Assembly: GCA_043228905.1 (NCBI GenBank)
Contig: JBHGNT010000006.1
Span: 8,804,001-8,868,000 of the forward strand
DNA length: 64,000 nt
DNA from: Azolla caroliniana
Taxonomy: Eukaryota > Plantae > Polypodiophyta
Direction of reading: 5' to 3'
Positions 51,985 to 64,000 of this stretch are shown here, one piece after another (within the stretch, counting starts at the first letter, position 1; every line of letters begins with the position of its first letter). The translations under genes and the position numbers were made by a program. The notes under the pieces were generated by a model. The model saw nothing but the letters and a program-made list of their open reading frames with translations. It had not been told where the DNA came from and made no database searches.

Positions 51985-52210
51985 AGGGTCAATGGGATGG
52001 TATAGTTGGAGATTCTGAGGCTAAAATTGCTCAACGGAGTGAGTTTCTTATTATGTGGACAACTACTCCATTCATGACATCCAATTACGGCACTCCTTAT
52101 TGGCATTTTCAGCCGCTGCAATGGTTGTTTCCCCCACCGATCACATAGAGTTTTTAAAATATTGTAAATTGTTTATACTAATGACAATATATCTTTTTAT
52201 AATAAGAAAA

Positions 52211-52918
52211 AATGTGAGAGCCAACCACACCATCTAAACATTATGAAAGCAAGAACCTCACTAAAATAAGAACTACGGATTAAAATTTGACGAAATAAAC
52301 TTCCATGATTTCTTCATCAAATGTATTCTCTCCTTTAGCATGTTACTTTTAAAGAGACAATTTTCGTTATCTTGACATTAGCTATGGCTAGTAACAAAAT
52401 GTTCCTATATTGTTATTCTCCTACCTCTCTAGTATATGATCCGGCCCTATGGCCCTTTTTCGGTTCTCAGTCGATCCTACAAGCCAATTTGGCTTTCGGC
52501 TTCTTCGGCCGATGCAGCTTCATGTTGAGCTTGTCACTCAACACTCCCCCTCAAGCTCAACTTGGGAGCTTGCTCTGTCTGCTCTAGTGGTTCTTCGCTC
52601 CGGCTCCTGCCAACTCTTCTCCTGGCCCGTGCACCTTGACTTGTCTGGTTGGATTGTCTACTTCTTTGGCCCTCGTTGACCTTCGTCCTGCCTCTTTGGC
52701 TCTAGCACCCCTCAATCCGTCGGCTCTCTCGCTTCGGTATCGTCTTCGTCTGCCCTCTCACTCGTTTCGCGTTCTCCTAATTCGGCTCGTTTGAATCGTC
52801 CACATTATCTGAATCGATTGTCTTCGATTCGTCGTTCCATTCAGCTTTTCCCAAGCCTAGTTTAGTTGGTTGTGGCTCATCCGCTCCACTCCTCTCGTTT
52901 GCCATCACCATATCGATG
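52211..52918. repeat. ~370-bp tandem array, right segment (interrupted by a Copia fragment)
   Basis: CCAACCACACCATCT...TTCCATGATTTCTTCATCAAATG...TATGGCTAGTAACAAAATGTTCCTATATTG, resuming as TTTGCCATCACCATATCGATG at 52898. Confidence 0.8.
52437..52897 (-). mobile_element. Inverted fragment of a sister Copia family (pol tail, 3' UTR, PPT and LTR start)
   Basis: Minus-strand GTTGAGCTTGAGGGGGAG-TGTTGAG at 52537-52561 mirrors 51263-51287. The tail peptide ...ESKTIDSDNVDDSNEPN* resembles ...ESETADSDQQTDLDESDQ*. Confidence 0.8.
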
Positions 52919-55900
52919 TGTGTGTGTGTGTGTGTGTGTGTTTTGAACACCACTATAGACTTTGTGGATAAGAGATTGCTTTCCATTGAATTTGTTGAAA
53001 GTGGATAAGAGATTGCTTTGCATTGAATTTGTGGAAAGTGGATAAGAGATTGCTTTGTATTGAATTTGTGATGTTCCAGTAACTCTCCTAGCATTATTAG
53101 ATTTTTTATAACTTCAATTTGTACTTTTGTAGAAACTCTATGTATAAGAGGCCCTCTCTTTTGTATAGAGATTTTGTTAGCATTTGAATACATTATCATT
53201 ATAATATTCCCATGTTTGTTAAAACAATATCTTAACTTTTGATGTACTTTCTCTCTCATATACTTTGGATAATATGCAACAATTACTTGATGTATTGGAC
53301 ACAATATGTGAAATAAGTAGGCTAATCGTTAAATTGGATAAAACATTAATGATGGCAATAAAGGTGATACAACAAAGACACTACCCCACTCTTACATGCA
53401 AGGGAAAACTAGTGCAATTGGTGTAAAGCTTCAAATATCTTGGTATTAATGTCCCATTAACAAATAGGTAGAATGTATGCCATGAGTCTAGACTTCACAC
53501 TGTTTGAATAGTTATCGTATGCTTGAGAATCAATGCAATCAAAGTGATTCTTGAGGTTGTGAAGTAAGATTGATGTTATTACATGTTATGGCGGTCCAAG
53601 TGTTGTTTTATGGAGTGGAAGTGTAAAGTGTCACTCGGTGCATGCAGTGAAATAGAGAAAATCCAAAGTGTCCTTACATAAATAATTAGGGGTAAATCCT
53701 CAACAACGTATCCTATCATGATTTTAGAAATAGGTGTTCGGCCCATAGAGGTACTAGCCATGCAAAGAGCATACAAGTAAACCACAAACATTGCCCCAAA
53801 AATATTGAAGCATAGGATGCAATGTGCGAAAAAACTAATAAGATCAAAATCTTTTCATCTGACATGTGCTTGACATTATGAAATGGTTTAAGAAAGCTCT
53901 GTTGGAGCTCTTGGGTGACGCTATGAAGTATGTTATCATTGAGAATAGATCACGAGAGGCACTAAGAATGAAGTTGCAATATGCTAAAATTTCAAAATTA
54001 GAATATTAGATTGCAAATATTAACCCTCAAATTTGACCCTAATTCAAGGTAAAAACACCCAAACATATCCAATCACATGTCACTACGCCCACAAGCTTTA
54101 GCTCTTAGATAGCCTTAACACTTATTGGGACTTGTTCACAAAGTTAGATGTTGACTCTTGAGGTAGCATCATGGCATCATCACCCAAAAACTGGATATAT
54201 GAATTGAAAAACTACGGGAGGATTAATATCATTTACTTATTGTATGTTCATTATATAAGGTAATTTGTTAGACAAGCATGATAATATGTGTCAAACCCAA
54301 ATGTCCACCAAGAACAGGGTGAGAATGTATATGCATGCATTGATTTCACATAGAGAGTTTTTACTATAGAGTAAAATCCCACCTTCTTAGGAAGGTCAAA
54401 TTTGGCTCTATCATAGACGATAAAACATCTATTGCATTCAGTCATACTCCTCTTTCTCTCTCTACATTAAAATCATATTATTTGCTAAATAGGAAAACTC
54501 TACACAAAAATACATGTTAGAGCCCATCCCATTGCTTGTGGTTCGAACCTTTACTTCCATGTGGCTTAGCTCAAAAACTCACAAGGATGTGAGTGAGACA
54601 AGGCATTGGAGCATAGGTAATGAGAGTAGTCGACTATGCATGCTTTGCCCTAAATAAGTTCACGACTATGAGTATGACGATCTGATACAAGGCCTTACCT
54701 TGTATCACATTTGATTATGCTTTCCAAGCACATATTCAACCATTCACAATCCTTGCATGAAGTTCTCTCATAGTCGCAACATGCACTCGCCATTGAGGCA
54801 TTCATTAATAATGTTCTTGAACATCCATGGTCATTACTTGCCTTCAAGTGCACTACGTGATAATGTTATTTTGTTGTCTCATTGGTCATATTTGACCTCT
54901 GAAGATAACAATAATATATATGGTCAAATGTGGATGAAAATACGCAACTATATTAATAAACACGTGTGAATTTACTATAATTGGCTAGCAAGACGTTGAA
55001 TCACCAATAAGCAAGACAAACACTCCACCAATGAAAGAATCACCACTTGTTGCAATAAACAAAATCGTCACACCAATACTCCCTTCAACTCTTGTAAATA
55101 TGCTTTGACTCCAAGCCTACCATCGAGTACAAAAACATTGAGCATACCCTAATTATGATGCAATTCCCAATGTCTTAGAAAAAGGAAAATCGTCTCCATC
55201 TCTAATATCAGATCGAACTGTGTTAATTGTGCAAACATCCACACAACAAACTTGCCAAATTTGAGAAATGTGACCCCAAATTCACAAGCAATCAAACATT
55301 ATGTGGAATGATGAGTATTATCTTCCATGTGTATAATGCAAAAGAAGCAATTTCACGTTGTTAATCTAGTCCATGTCTCTCCCACATCCATAATCAAAGT
55401 TATGTAACTCAATGTTTACTCTAAGATGATAACCATTGAAGATGCTAAATGGAGCCATGGCACAACAAATTAATAGTCACTAGAAAAAAACTCTCGTTGT
55501 GTCTCTCCCTTATTTCATACTCACGACATAAGACAAACATACACATATATTCATTTAATCTATTATGTTGCATAGAACCATATTCACTAGGTCGTCACTT
55601 ATCCGCTTAAAATATAGTGTAAAAATTCTCTTAATAACAAGGATTGAAAAAAAACTCAACAAAACTCCAAAAACGATAAAAGTAAAAGTTCACACGAGAT
55701 AACTTGCACAAACCCACTCATTCATCATTTTTGGGTATTTTCCTTTTCCTATGATAACGTTTTTTGCACACCCCTTGTAACCCACTGTAAAAGCGTCAAA
55801 TTTTCGAATGAAATTCTGAAAGGATTGGTTTTCTTACTTTAAGACCAATCCTTTATTGAATTTGTAAATATGTCCAAAATATTCTAGAGGCCATAGCTAA

Positions 55901-56560
55901 ATCTCCAAATGTTAGATTCACACGTTATTTGTTGATCTAATGAGCTCTTTGTCTCTAAGCCTAGCTATTGGCGCCAAATTTCCACCAATTTCACCTCATG
56001 AAGTGTGAGTTCATGACAATGTGTACCCCATAATACATTATTTCGACAATCCATAATAGGCATATGATTATCATACCCGTTGTCCTTTATCGACGAGCTT
56101 AAAGCATCAATATCATCATCATCCTTTATAACACCATGCTATCTAAATCCATGGTAAGTACAAACAAGCTTCCACTTTGAGCCTTTCTAGTACTATGACC
56201 ATAAAGAGGGGCATAAGTCGTACAAAATAACACATGTCACTTTTGCTCCAATGTTATTACTAATTTGGCCACTAAAGTTTGGAAAGGTGATGTCATTATT
56301 GAAATTACTATTAGTTATGAGGTTTTTTGCCAAGGGATGGTTTAAAACTTCCTTGTAACCGTTGATGCGCATTTGTCCATTTAGGATTCAGGCTCTAATT
56401 TTTATATACAATGTTATTTAGGCATTCTTTTTAGTTAACTTAATTTGTCTATTAAAAGTAGTAACTTTGCATGCCTTTTTTCAAAACTATAGCAAGTCAT
56501 GAGGCAGTAATCAAGTAAAGAGTTGGTTAAAGTGACATTTAAAATGACTCAAGTAAATGC

Positions 56561-56698
56561 ATATAAGGGAATGGATCATTCAAATCGTAAGAACCTAAAA
56601 TAGGCAATGGACAAGTGAATCAATTGATCATATAAGGGAATGGATCATTCAAATCTTAAGAACCTAAAATAGCCAATGGACAAGTGAATCAATTGATC
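56561..56698. repeat. 69-bp tandem duplication
   Basis: ATATAAGGGAATGGATCATTCAAATC.TAAGAACC...CAATTGATC twice, with 2 mismatches. Confidence 0.9.
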
Positions 56699-57050
56699 GT
56701 GCTCCAAATGCACACATTACTCTGTAATGATAAACCATTATGCGGGGTAAGATGAATATACACATGAAATTGAGACTTACATTCTATAAGTTGAATTGTT
56801 GAGCATGAGAACCATAAAGTTGAATTAACGATTATCCTCATTTTTTGTTACACATGATAAGATTTTCCATTATTGTTTCCTGATAAAGTGCACATGAAAC
56901 ACTATATCTAGATATCTTATAGAAAAAAATACACATGGTTTTATGGTGGCAACAGAACTTGACGTTTGCTTCTTCGAGAAATGGCAACCCGGCAAAGAAT
57001 ATTTTCTTGTTCGTGTGTGTATAGTTCTTGACGTAGATGGGCTAGTATAA

Positions 57051-59969
57051 TCATCGCAAAGAAGATGCTCTCACTAAAGGTGCTTCCTTCATCAAGTTAC
57101 CTACACGAGACCCAAGAGAAACAAAAATCAACTAATGAAAAAAAAAACAAGATTGATGTCTTATTATAGTGGGGAACAAAAAATCAATCCTCAATCCAAA
57201 TTCATACTGGGTGTTGGTGAGTAGGTACAACGAAACAAAGAAACAAACTCTCGCAACCAAAGATCAAATCATGTAGGCAAAAAAAGTTACCACTATGTCC
57301 CTTTGAGTGGCTCCATTGCTTCTTCACTAGGGGTACCAATGATTGGACAACATCCGTCATGAGTGGACGGTAGTCGGCTTCTGATTGCACACACATTTTA
57401 GCTATGGCAGCAACCTAATACCATCAGCATCATCATCATCAATAACTTTTCTTTTAATGCTTACATGGGACTTAAAACACCAATTGTAACATTGAGATAC
57501 CTGAATGAGATCTTTCATAGGATACTGGCCATTCAACACAGGATCTACCACCTCATGTATCCTATGTCTGTTAGTTAGTAGAGGCAATGCCTAGACAATA
57601 ATATGGAAGCATTTAGCAACCTTATTTTTTCCATTTGAGCTTTTTAACTTTTTTAACTTTTAGTGTTTTCCATTCATTTCATGATGCAATGCATACAACT
57701 ATGGACATGAACAAAAAAACACTGGAAAATAGTGGACTAGTTCTCTCAAAGTTTCCAGAGCCAAAAAATAAGAATGTGATACTACTAGCAAATTACCAGA
57801 AGCACGCACGAATGGATAATTTGTTTTCACATCACTTTTTTTTGGATGGATTCTCCATTCCACTAGATGCTTTCCTTGATGAGAAAAACAAAAACACAAA
57901 GAGATTTCCATGCTACCATATAACCAAAGAGGTATACATACCCAAGATAGAAGTACACCCTCTCCAGATGGCCTTTCCATGTCCACGGGAGTGCGTCCTG
58001 TTAAGAGTTCAAGAAGAACTATGCCAAAGCTATACACATCTGACTTAGTTGTCAATTGTCCTGTTAAAGCATACCTAAGGAAGAAGAAAGATATGGCCAA
58101 AAATCAGTTACTTTAATGCAAGGTTTCTCTCACAAAACATAGAATGAAATAATGTAATACTAAGATCTTTTGGTGACATGCTTTATTTGTAAGACCTACT
58201 CTGGTGCAACATATCCTTGTGTTCCAAGCACTCGTGTGAAGACTTGACCATTCATCTTGTCTGATCCGAGCTTTGCCAAACCAAAATCAGCAATTTTGGC
58301 ATTAAAGTCCTCGGTAAGAAGAACATTGCTCGACTTGAAGTCACAGTGGATTATCGGAGGATAAATAAACTCGTGAAGGTATTCCAAGCCTCGAGCAGCA
58401 TCTAATGCGATGCGCAGTCGAGTACCCCAATCCAGAGTGGGTCGATTTTGATTTGTACATGCTAAATTTATCATCATTTTATCAATCAACACCCTTATAA
58501 ATGGTGCATGCAATTTCATCTATAAAAGATTGTTCTTCTGTGGAAAGATGCAACTTTCCTAAAGTTCACTCAGGTAGACTGACCAAAATCCATGGTATTA
58601 TGTATATTTACATATATATATGCATATACATCAAACTAATCCACAGCTATCTATAGTGTGTGCAATGACAAAGGCATTCATTCATGTGCAAATGGACCTA
58701 TCTCTAAGCCTTGTGATTTACTCCATGGAAAAAAGCATCCATATGCATGGAGACTTAGCTCTAGCCTAGTTACTGAATCTGTAGACAAAGTCATCCACAT
58801 GCAAATGGCCATATAAAGGTACCCATGTAAACACCTGAGGATACAATCCAGACAAGCAGGTATAATATAGTGTCTTACCATCAGAGTAAAGGTGTTGTTC
58901 TAGGCTACCATTTGCCATGTATTCATACACAAGCAGTCTATGGCCTTTATCCGCACAATAACCTATCAATTCGAGAAGGTGGGGTGAGTGCACTCGGCTC
59001 AACAAATCAACCTGCATTCAATGCAGAAAAAGAAAACCACAGCTGTCAAGAGACAAACATTGTGTCCTCATCATAACATATAGGCAATGAGAGAGGAGGA
59101 TCGAACCTCCATTCGGAACTCTCGGTCTATTTGCTTGCATCCTTCTCCCTCTCTTTCAAGCAGTTGTTTGATGATCGAAATGTTGCCATTAGGAAGAATA
59201 CCTCTATAAATGGCACCTGATTGCCACCATCTTCGGGGTGAACTTAGTAGATTTGTGGGGCTGAAGTTGCTAGTTGCAAATTGCAATTGCTTGTATGTGA
59301 AAACCTGAGCTTCATTAGAGGAGACATGCATGGCAGGGAGCATGTGTTGTGTGGCACTCTTCTGGAAACCTGCATGTGCATATACATATTTACATCTAGA
59401 CACATACATTGAGAATCCTCCTAAGAGTTATTCAGCATTGTACCTTAACATGTAAATTGGTACAGATACACATAGTGTACATAAAACACATACATAGACA
59501 GATACAGTATATATATACAATACATATACATACATTCATCGATGTGTTTCAATGAGAACCCTGCTAAACCCTATTTAATTGCTCAAAGATTTTACATTGA
59601 GTAATAATACCATTTTCGGCATTGATAAATGTGTTTTTCAAATTACAAGCTCTTGAGAATTTGATTATAAATGAAATGTTTACCTTGACAGACACCATTT
59701 TCTTCATCATCATCCTTATCATCATCGTCATCACCAAAGGGCTTTTCTTGGTGTTTGTGAATCATGTGAAGGTAGTAAGTGGCCACAATGAGAACAGAGG
59801 ACATAGCCACAGCAGCAATGAGGGCAACAATGAGGATAATACCATTTCTCCCATGTGGCTCCTCAACAACAGGTGCAATGGGCAAATCCTTAGCAACAGT
59901 AAGATGATGAGCAGGACTAGGGGCATCAGCCATAGCCAGAATTGTAGCAAGGCATAGGAAATGCAACAT
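57051..59969 (-). CDS. Receptor-like Ser/Thr kinase with short ectodomain and TM helix (At3g58690-like, RLK/Pelle), 8 exons
   Basis: Signal peptide and TM helix [23 protein letters not shown]. Kinase motifs [43 protein letters not shown]...DFGLAK...[14 protein letters not shown]...KSDVYSFG and [23 protein letters not shown]. Probable last exon 57051-57100. Confidence 0.92.
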
Positions 59970-60465
59970 GTTTTTTAGTTTTTACTCATAGACTTAAAGA
60001 AGATCAATCAACTCTTGAGTCTTAATTATAAAGGCATAGATCAAATACTACATGATACATCCATTGCAAGCATTAGTTTGTCTTGTGTTCTTTCTTTTTG
60101 TTTTCTTTGGGCTTGTTGGTGTGCAATGTTAGCTTTCCTTCTTGTACCCCGACGATTGTTTTGTCCCACTCTGTAAAATCTCGCTTTCTCACCGTCCTAG
60201 GTATTTTTACTGTCTGCTATGTAGGTTCCCTCATCCTTGCATGTGACATTAGCACAATTCAATATGCCAAAAAGCAAAGAGGATCTCGTTCGGATGATTT
60301 TATGTTTTTACTAGGGTGGATTGTAAGGACATGTCTACGTCGTGATTGATATGACCTCCACCACCAGATATTTCAATCTATAGTGGGACCTCCTTCTTGG
60401 ACACTTGGTGTCCATTCTCCTATCTCTTATGGCCTTTCCATTGGTTGTGTATGGCGTATATATAT

Positions 60466-60963
60466 TGTTGGCCGGTTCGGGATGACCAAGTGTGGAAGGG
60501 GCGGAAAACGGTTAAGAGTCAAACTAATAGTAGGTAGGGCTGAGCAATAAAGAAGTAGAGAGTAGAAAATAGTAAAATATTTAATAAATAGTAACGGTTC
60601 ACACTCAATTGGTAACCGTCCATGAGCCCTGTAAAAAGGGCCATGGGAAGCGTGTAAATGCTAATCGAACTTCTCTATATCAATTGTGTTTTATAATAGA
60701 AGTTGTTTGCCTTGATACGTTGATTCGTATATTGTGCCTTGATTCATCTGTGTTGAGTTTTACATTCTTGTAAACGTTTATGTAACCAGTCGGTTGTAGT
60801 CGTCTCGTGTTCATCTCCATAGTCGCACAGTCGCACTTGTTCGATTCACACACAAATACCTTAATGTCCAGAGTTCAGAACGATTCGAAATGGCGTCCTT
60901 CTCCCCGAACACAAGACCTTGAGTTGAATAGACAAAGGACCAGATATTCAACACCCTGTAACA
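60466..60963. mobile_element. Putative solo LTR ~500 bp upstream of the kinase start codon
   Basis: TGTT...AACA termini, flanked by TATAT on both sides (60461-60465, 60964-60968). Higher GC than its surroundings. Confidence 0.6.
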
Positions 60964-62440
60964 TATATATATATATACCACTTATGTTAAAGATATATTT
61001 TGGTATTGTGGACACCAGGCCAATGCCCTATCATGTAGGGGATACACTATAACTTAATTCGCATAAGTTATTAATAATATATCAAACTTGATTGCATTAA
61101 CGGAAAACATTTATTTTCCTCACAAAAATCCCCATTCCACAAGATGGTGAAAGTAATCCTCATAGCCTTCATGTCTCATTCAGTTCCCAGTAATGATGTA
61201 GCAATGTGTGAGTGAATCATAAGTAGTTGAGCCAACAAGTTGGATAATATTTAACATCTAGCACATTCCAAAACTACATGAATATACATCCATGTGTAGT
61301 ATTCGGTACATATATGACATATATGATAGATACATCATATACTTTCATTGCCCCAATGGAAATGCGCATCTATGACATATAAATATACTTCCATTGCCCC
61401 AATGAAAGTGCAGATTTATGGTAGATACATATACTTCCGTTGCTCCAATCCAAACAATGGCATACCATTACCAATTGTGTATATGGGTATGCACACATGT
61501 ACATATGTGTATTTACTTGTACATGCATATGGATACAAACATTGTTGGAGAATAAGCAATACCTTGAACATTTAAAAATCATTTCATTTCAAAACAAAGA
61601 AACCTAATCATTTGTTGTTCGGTTAATTGATGTATCACATTAATGCAATGAGCTTAGATAAACCACTTCACATTTAGATTACATATACTCTGAAATAACA
61701 TAAAGAAGATGATGCCCTTAGAGTAGAACCCACTTGTGTAAACAAAATTGAGTTATTCTAATGCTAAGGGGATCGGACATTGTGGGGTAATATTTGTTGA
61801 CCAAAGTGCCATCAACTTTGCGCTAGCAAAAAATAATTTTATGTCGAAAACCTTTATGCTAACGAATGTTTGTAGGGTTATAGAGAAATATCAAACATCA
61901 TTGTCTCCATGGCTTATCAATTTGGATAAAAGTTTATTCATGTATAATTGGAGCAATAAAACTATATATCATATACCTGACCAACATTCCCAAAATCGAT
62001 GATTTTAATGGCATTCTTAGATCTCTACAAATGGTAAAGGTATTCATAGTTTGCACTCTACAACTTTGCGTGAGATTGCATATTCTTGGATTGTTTGTGT
62101 CTGATGGAAATGATGCGCATTACTAGAACCCGACAAAACCATGAGATTAAAACCAAATATTTCAAATGTTTACCTCGGTACAAACTTAAGGATTTACGAT
62201 TAACCTCCATAAATTACTTCTATTTTGTCATTTCTAAGAGTACATTGAACATGATTGAAAAGACATTTTTGTGTCCTTTAGAAATGTAAGAATTGTATGT
62301 AAAAGAGGTGCTCCTAATATTACGGAATCAAAACTAGCAATAAAAAACCCTAATATTCACAACTTAAAACAAAAGTGCTTGTCTACTAAAAGTAAGGCTA
62401 CCATGCGTAGGTCACAAGGGAAGAAATCCATGTGCATACA

Positions 62441-62838
62441 CAACAATGGGTTCGGTTCGGTTTCTTGACCTTGAAACCAAACCAAACCATTTATTTATAT
62501 TAAGAACTAAACCAAATTGTTTAAATTTTATGAAGCCATTTAAACAAACCGTTTATGAAAAATTTAGAACCAAACCAAATCGGTTTATCATAAATCAAAA
62601 CCAAACAAACCTATAAACCGATAAACCTTTAAACCTTCAAAACTTTTAAACCTTTAAACCCAACCACATAAGCCGAAACCAAAAAGCCGTTAAACCGCTA
62701 AACCATGAAATTCAAAACCGAACTGGATCATAATATTTGAAACCAAACCAAACGGTTTATTTATCTTTGAACCAATAAACCGTTAAGCCATGGCTTAACG
62801 GTTTGGTTTGGTTCGAGTTGAAACCGTGCCCATTGCTA
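62441..62838. mobile_element. hAT-type MITE
   Basis: Imperfect TIRs CAACAATGGG / CCCATTGCTA. Perfect 8-bp TSD TGCATACA (62433-62440, 62839-62846). Many AAACCG/AAACC subterminal motifs. Confidence 0.88.
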
Positions 62839-64000
62839 TGCATACATTGAAGCCCTTTTAACCTTTTGTAATATAATACATGTGTAAATTACAAAAATTG
62901 ATAGAAGTTTGAAATTCACTTAAGGATGTCAAGCTCCCGTGTTATGTTTGAAATTTATCAACGTGATCATTTTATTGATAAATGATGGATGTTGACATGG
63001 TAAATGAAAAGTCAATAGCATGTTGATGCCATAAGGGAAGTGATGCATGACCATATGCATGTTACATATGTCTTTTAAAGTCTTTATCGGTGAGGAGTCA
63101 AGACCCCCATTTGAGCCATTCTAGGATTAGTGCTTGAAAATGTTTATAGTTAAATAATATTATTTCCCTTGTACATTTGAAGAATCTTTTATCCATAGAA
63201 TTTTGTCTTCGATAATCATGTGCTTATGGTAGAACCTTGTTGTAGTCATTTCAGGATGAGTGACACATAATGTTCTCTACTAATGTAACATCAAACATTC
63301 ATTGAATATTGTTCATGAATGTTTTGTTTTTCCATGATCATGTTCTTATGACATTGCATAGACAAGTGAATGGTGCCAATAGAAGAAGCTCAAAACCCAA
63401 TAATATTGTGGGGATTAACTATTTCAATGAAGATTTTATTCTCACTCTTCAGACCACTTATATATGGTTTACAACCAAAGTTGTGAGCAATTGACAATTT
63501 CATACGACATCACAGCCAATAACATTCAATTCATATACCATAACTAAAAAATAAATTCCCAAAGCTAAGCTTTATCATTTTTCACTTGGAAATATATTTG
63601 TGACACAAGGAAAATGCACATGTAACAATTTCGGAGGTAATTATATCTTCATCTTCCAAGGTTTTCTTGATGCGTGCAATGGCATCTGCAATTCTCTTGA
63701 GCATGCTTTTAGGGTTTGCCTTTCGGCTTTGCAAGGAGTGCGGGTCGATATACTGCTCGAATATGGAGTGTGTGCACTCTTACTAGCAATGTACACTCAA
63801 ATATAGAAAAAGAAAAGAGGAAGGAATCAATCAATCAGTTGATCAAACAAGCTATACATACTGAATTAAGAAAAAAAAAAACTAGTTATCCTTTTGGTGA
63901 TATATCTTGTCCCTCAAAAATTGAAGTTAAGGGTTGAAAAACTCGCTCTCAATCTGTCTCAGAATTGGAATCTCTGTCTCTCAATCTTTCTCTCTCTCTC

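Larger units (their letters stand above)
35573..52210 (+). mobile_element. 5'-truncated LINE (ORF2 C-terminus plus A-rich tail), split by the Copia insertion into 35573-35791 and 51985-52210
   Basis: IWEILSSTIVYHIWKAQCSLIF...HTLKG joins across the TSD AGGGT to QWDGIVGDSEAK...WLFPPPIT*. A-rich tail at ~52200-52212. Candidate TSD AACGTGAG (35565) / AATGTGAG (52211). Confidence 0.75.

Noticed and set aside
52960-53070. Regularly spaced ~35-bp repeats (GTGGATAAGAGATTGCTTT..ATTGAATTTGT) resembling a CRISPR array
   Set aside because: Head-to-tail tandem copies with no unique spacers, in a eukaryotic context with no cas genes.
52777-53304. 175-aa minus-strand ORF
   Set aside because: A chimeric read-through of AT-rich repeat, (CA)n microsatellite and the Copia tail fragment.
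54510-54600. GGTTCGAACC B-box-like motif suggesting a tRNA or SINE
   Set aside because: No cloverleaf or properly spaced A-box was recognisable.

Overview
AT-rich, intron-containing land-plant DNA, most likely a moss. This is inferred from the co-occurrence of Tcn1-like chromovirus, Bryco-like Copia and Phygy/Tat-like Gypsy lineages. There are three host genes, all on the minus strand: CCDC130/YJU2B (11.4-13.4 kb), EXO1 with a U12 AT-AC intron (19.8-25.1 kb), and an At3g58690-like receptor kinase with an atypical ATP-binding loop (57.1-60.0 kb). A decayed chromovirus LTR element occupies 1-5148. From 26.3 to 52.9 kb a degenerate ~370-bp tandem array hosts a stack of insertions: a hAT transposon, and a LINE 3' fragment that contains a Copia element, which in turn contains a Gypsy element. 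The most unusual signal is in that Gypsy element (37095-47167). It has no polypurine tract; instead a tRNA-type primer-binding site faces inward at each LTR, and it carries a large extra ORF region after pol. The Copia 3' end is also rearranged: a 16-nt LTR stub, a 267-bp copy of the upstream flank, then a complete LTR. All calls were made by eye, so boundaries may be off by a few bases.
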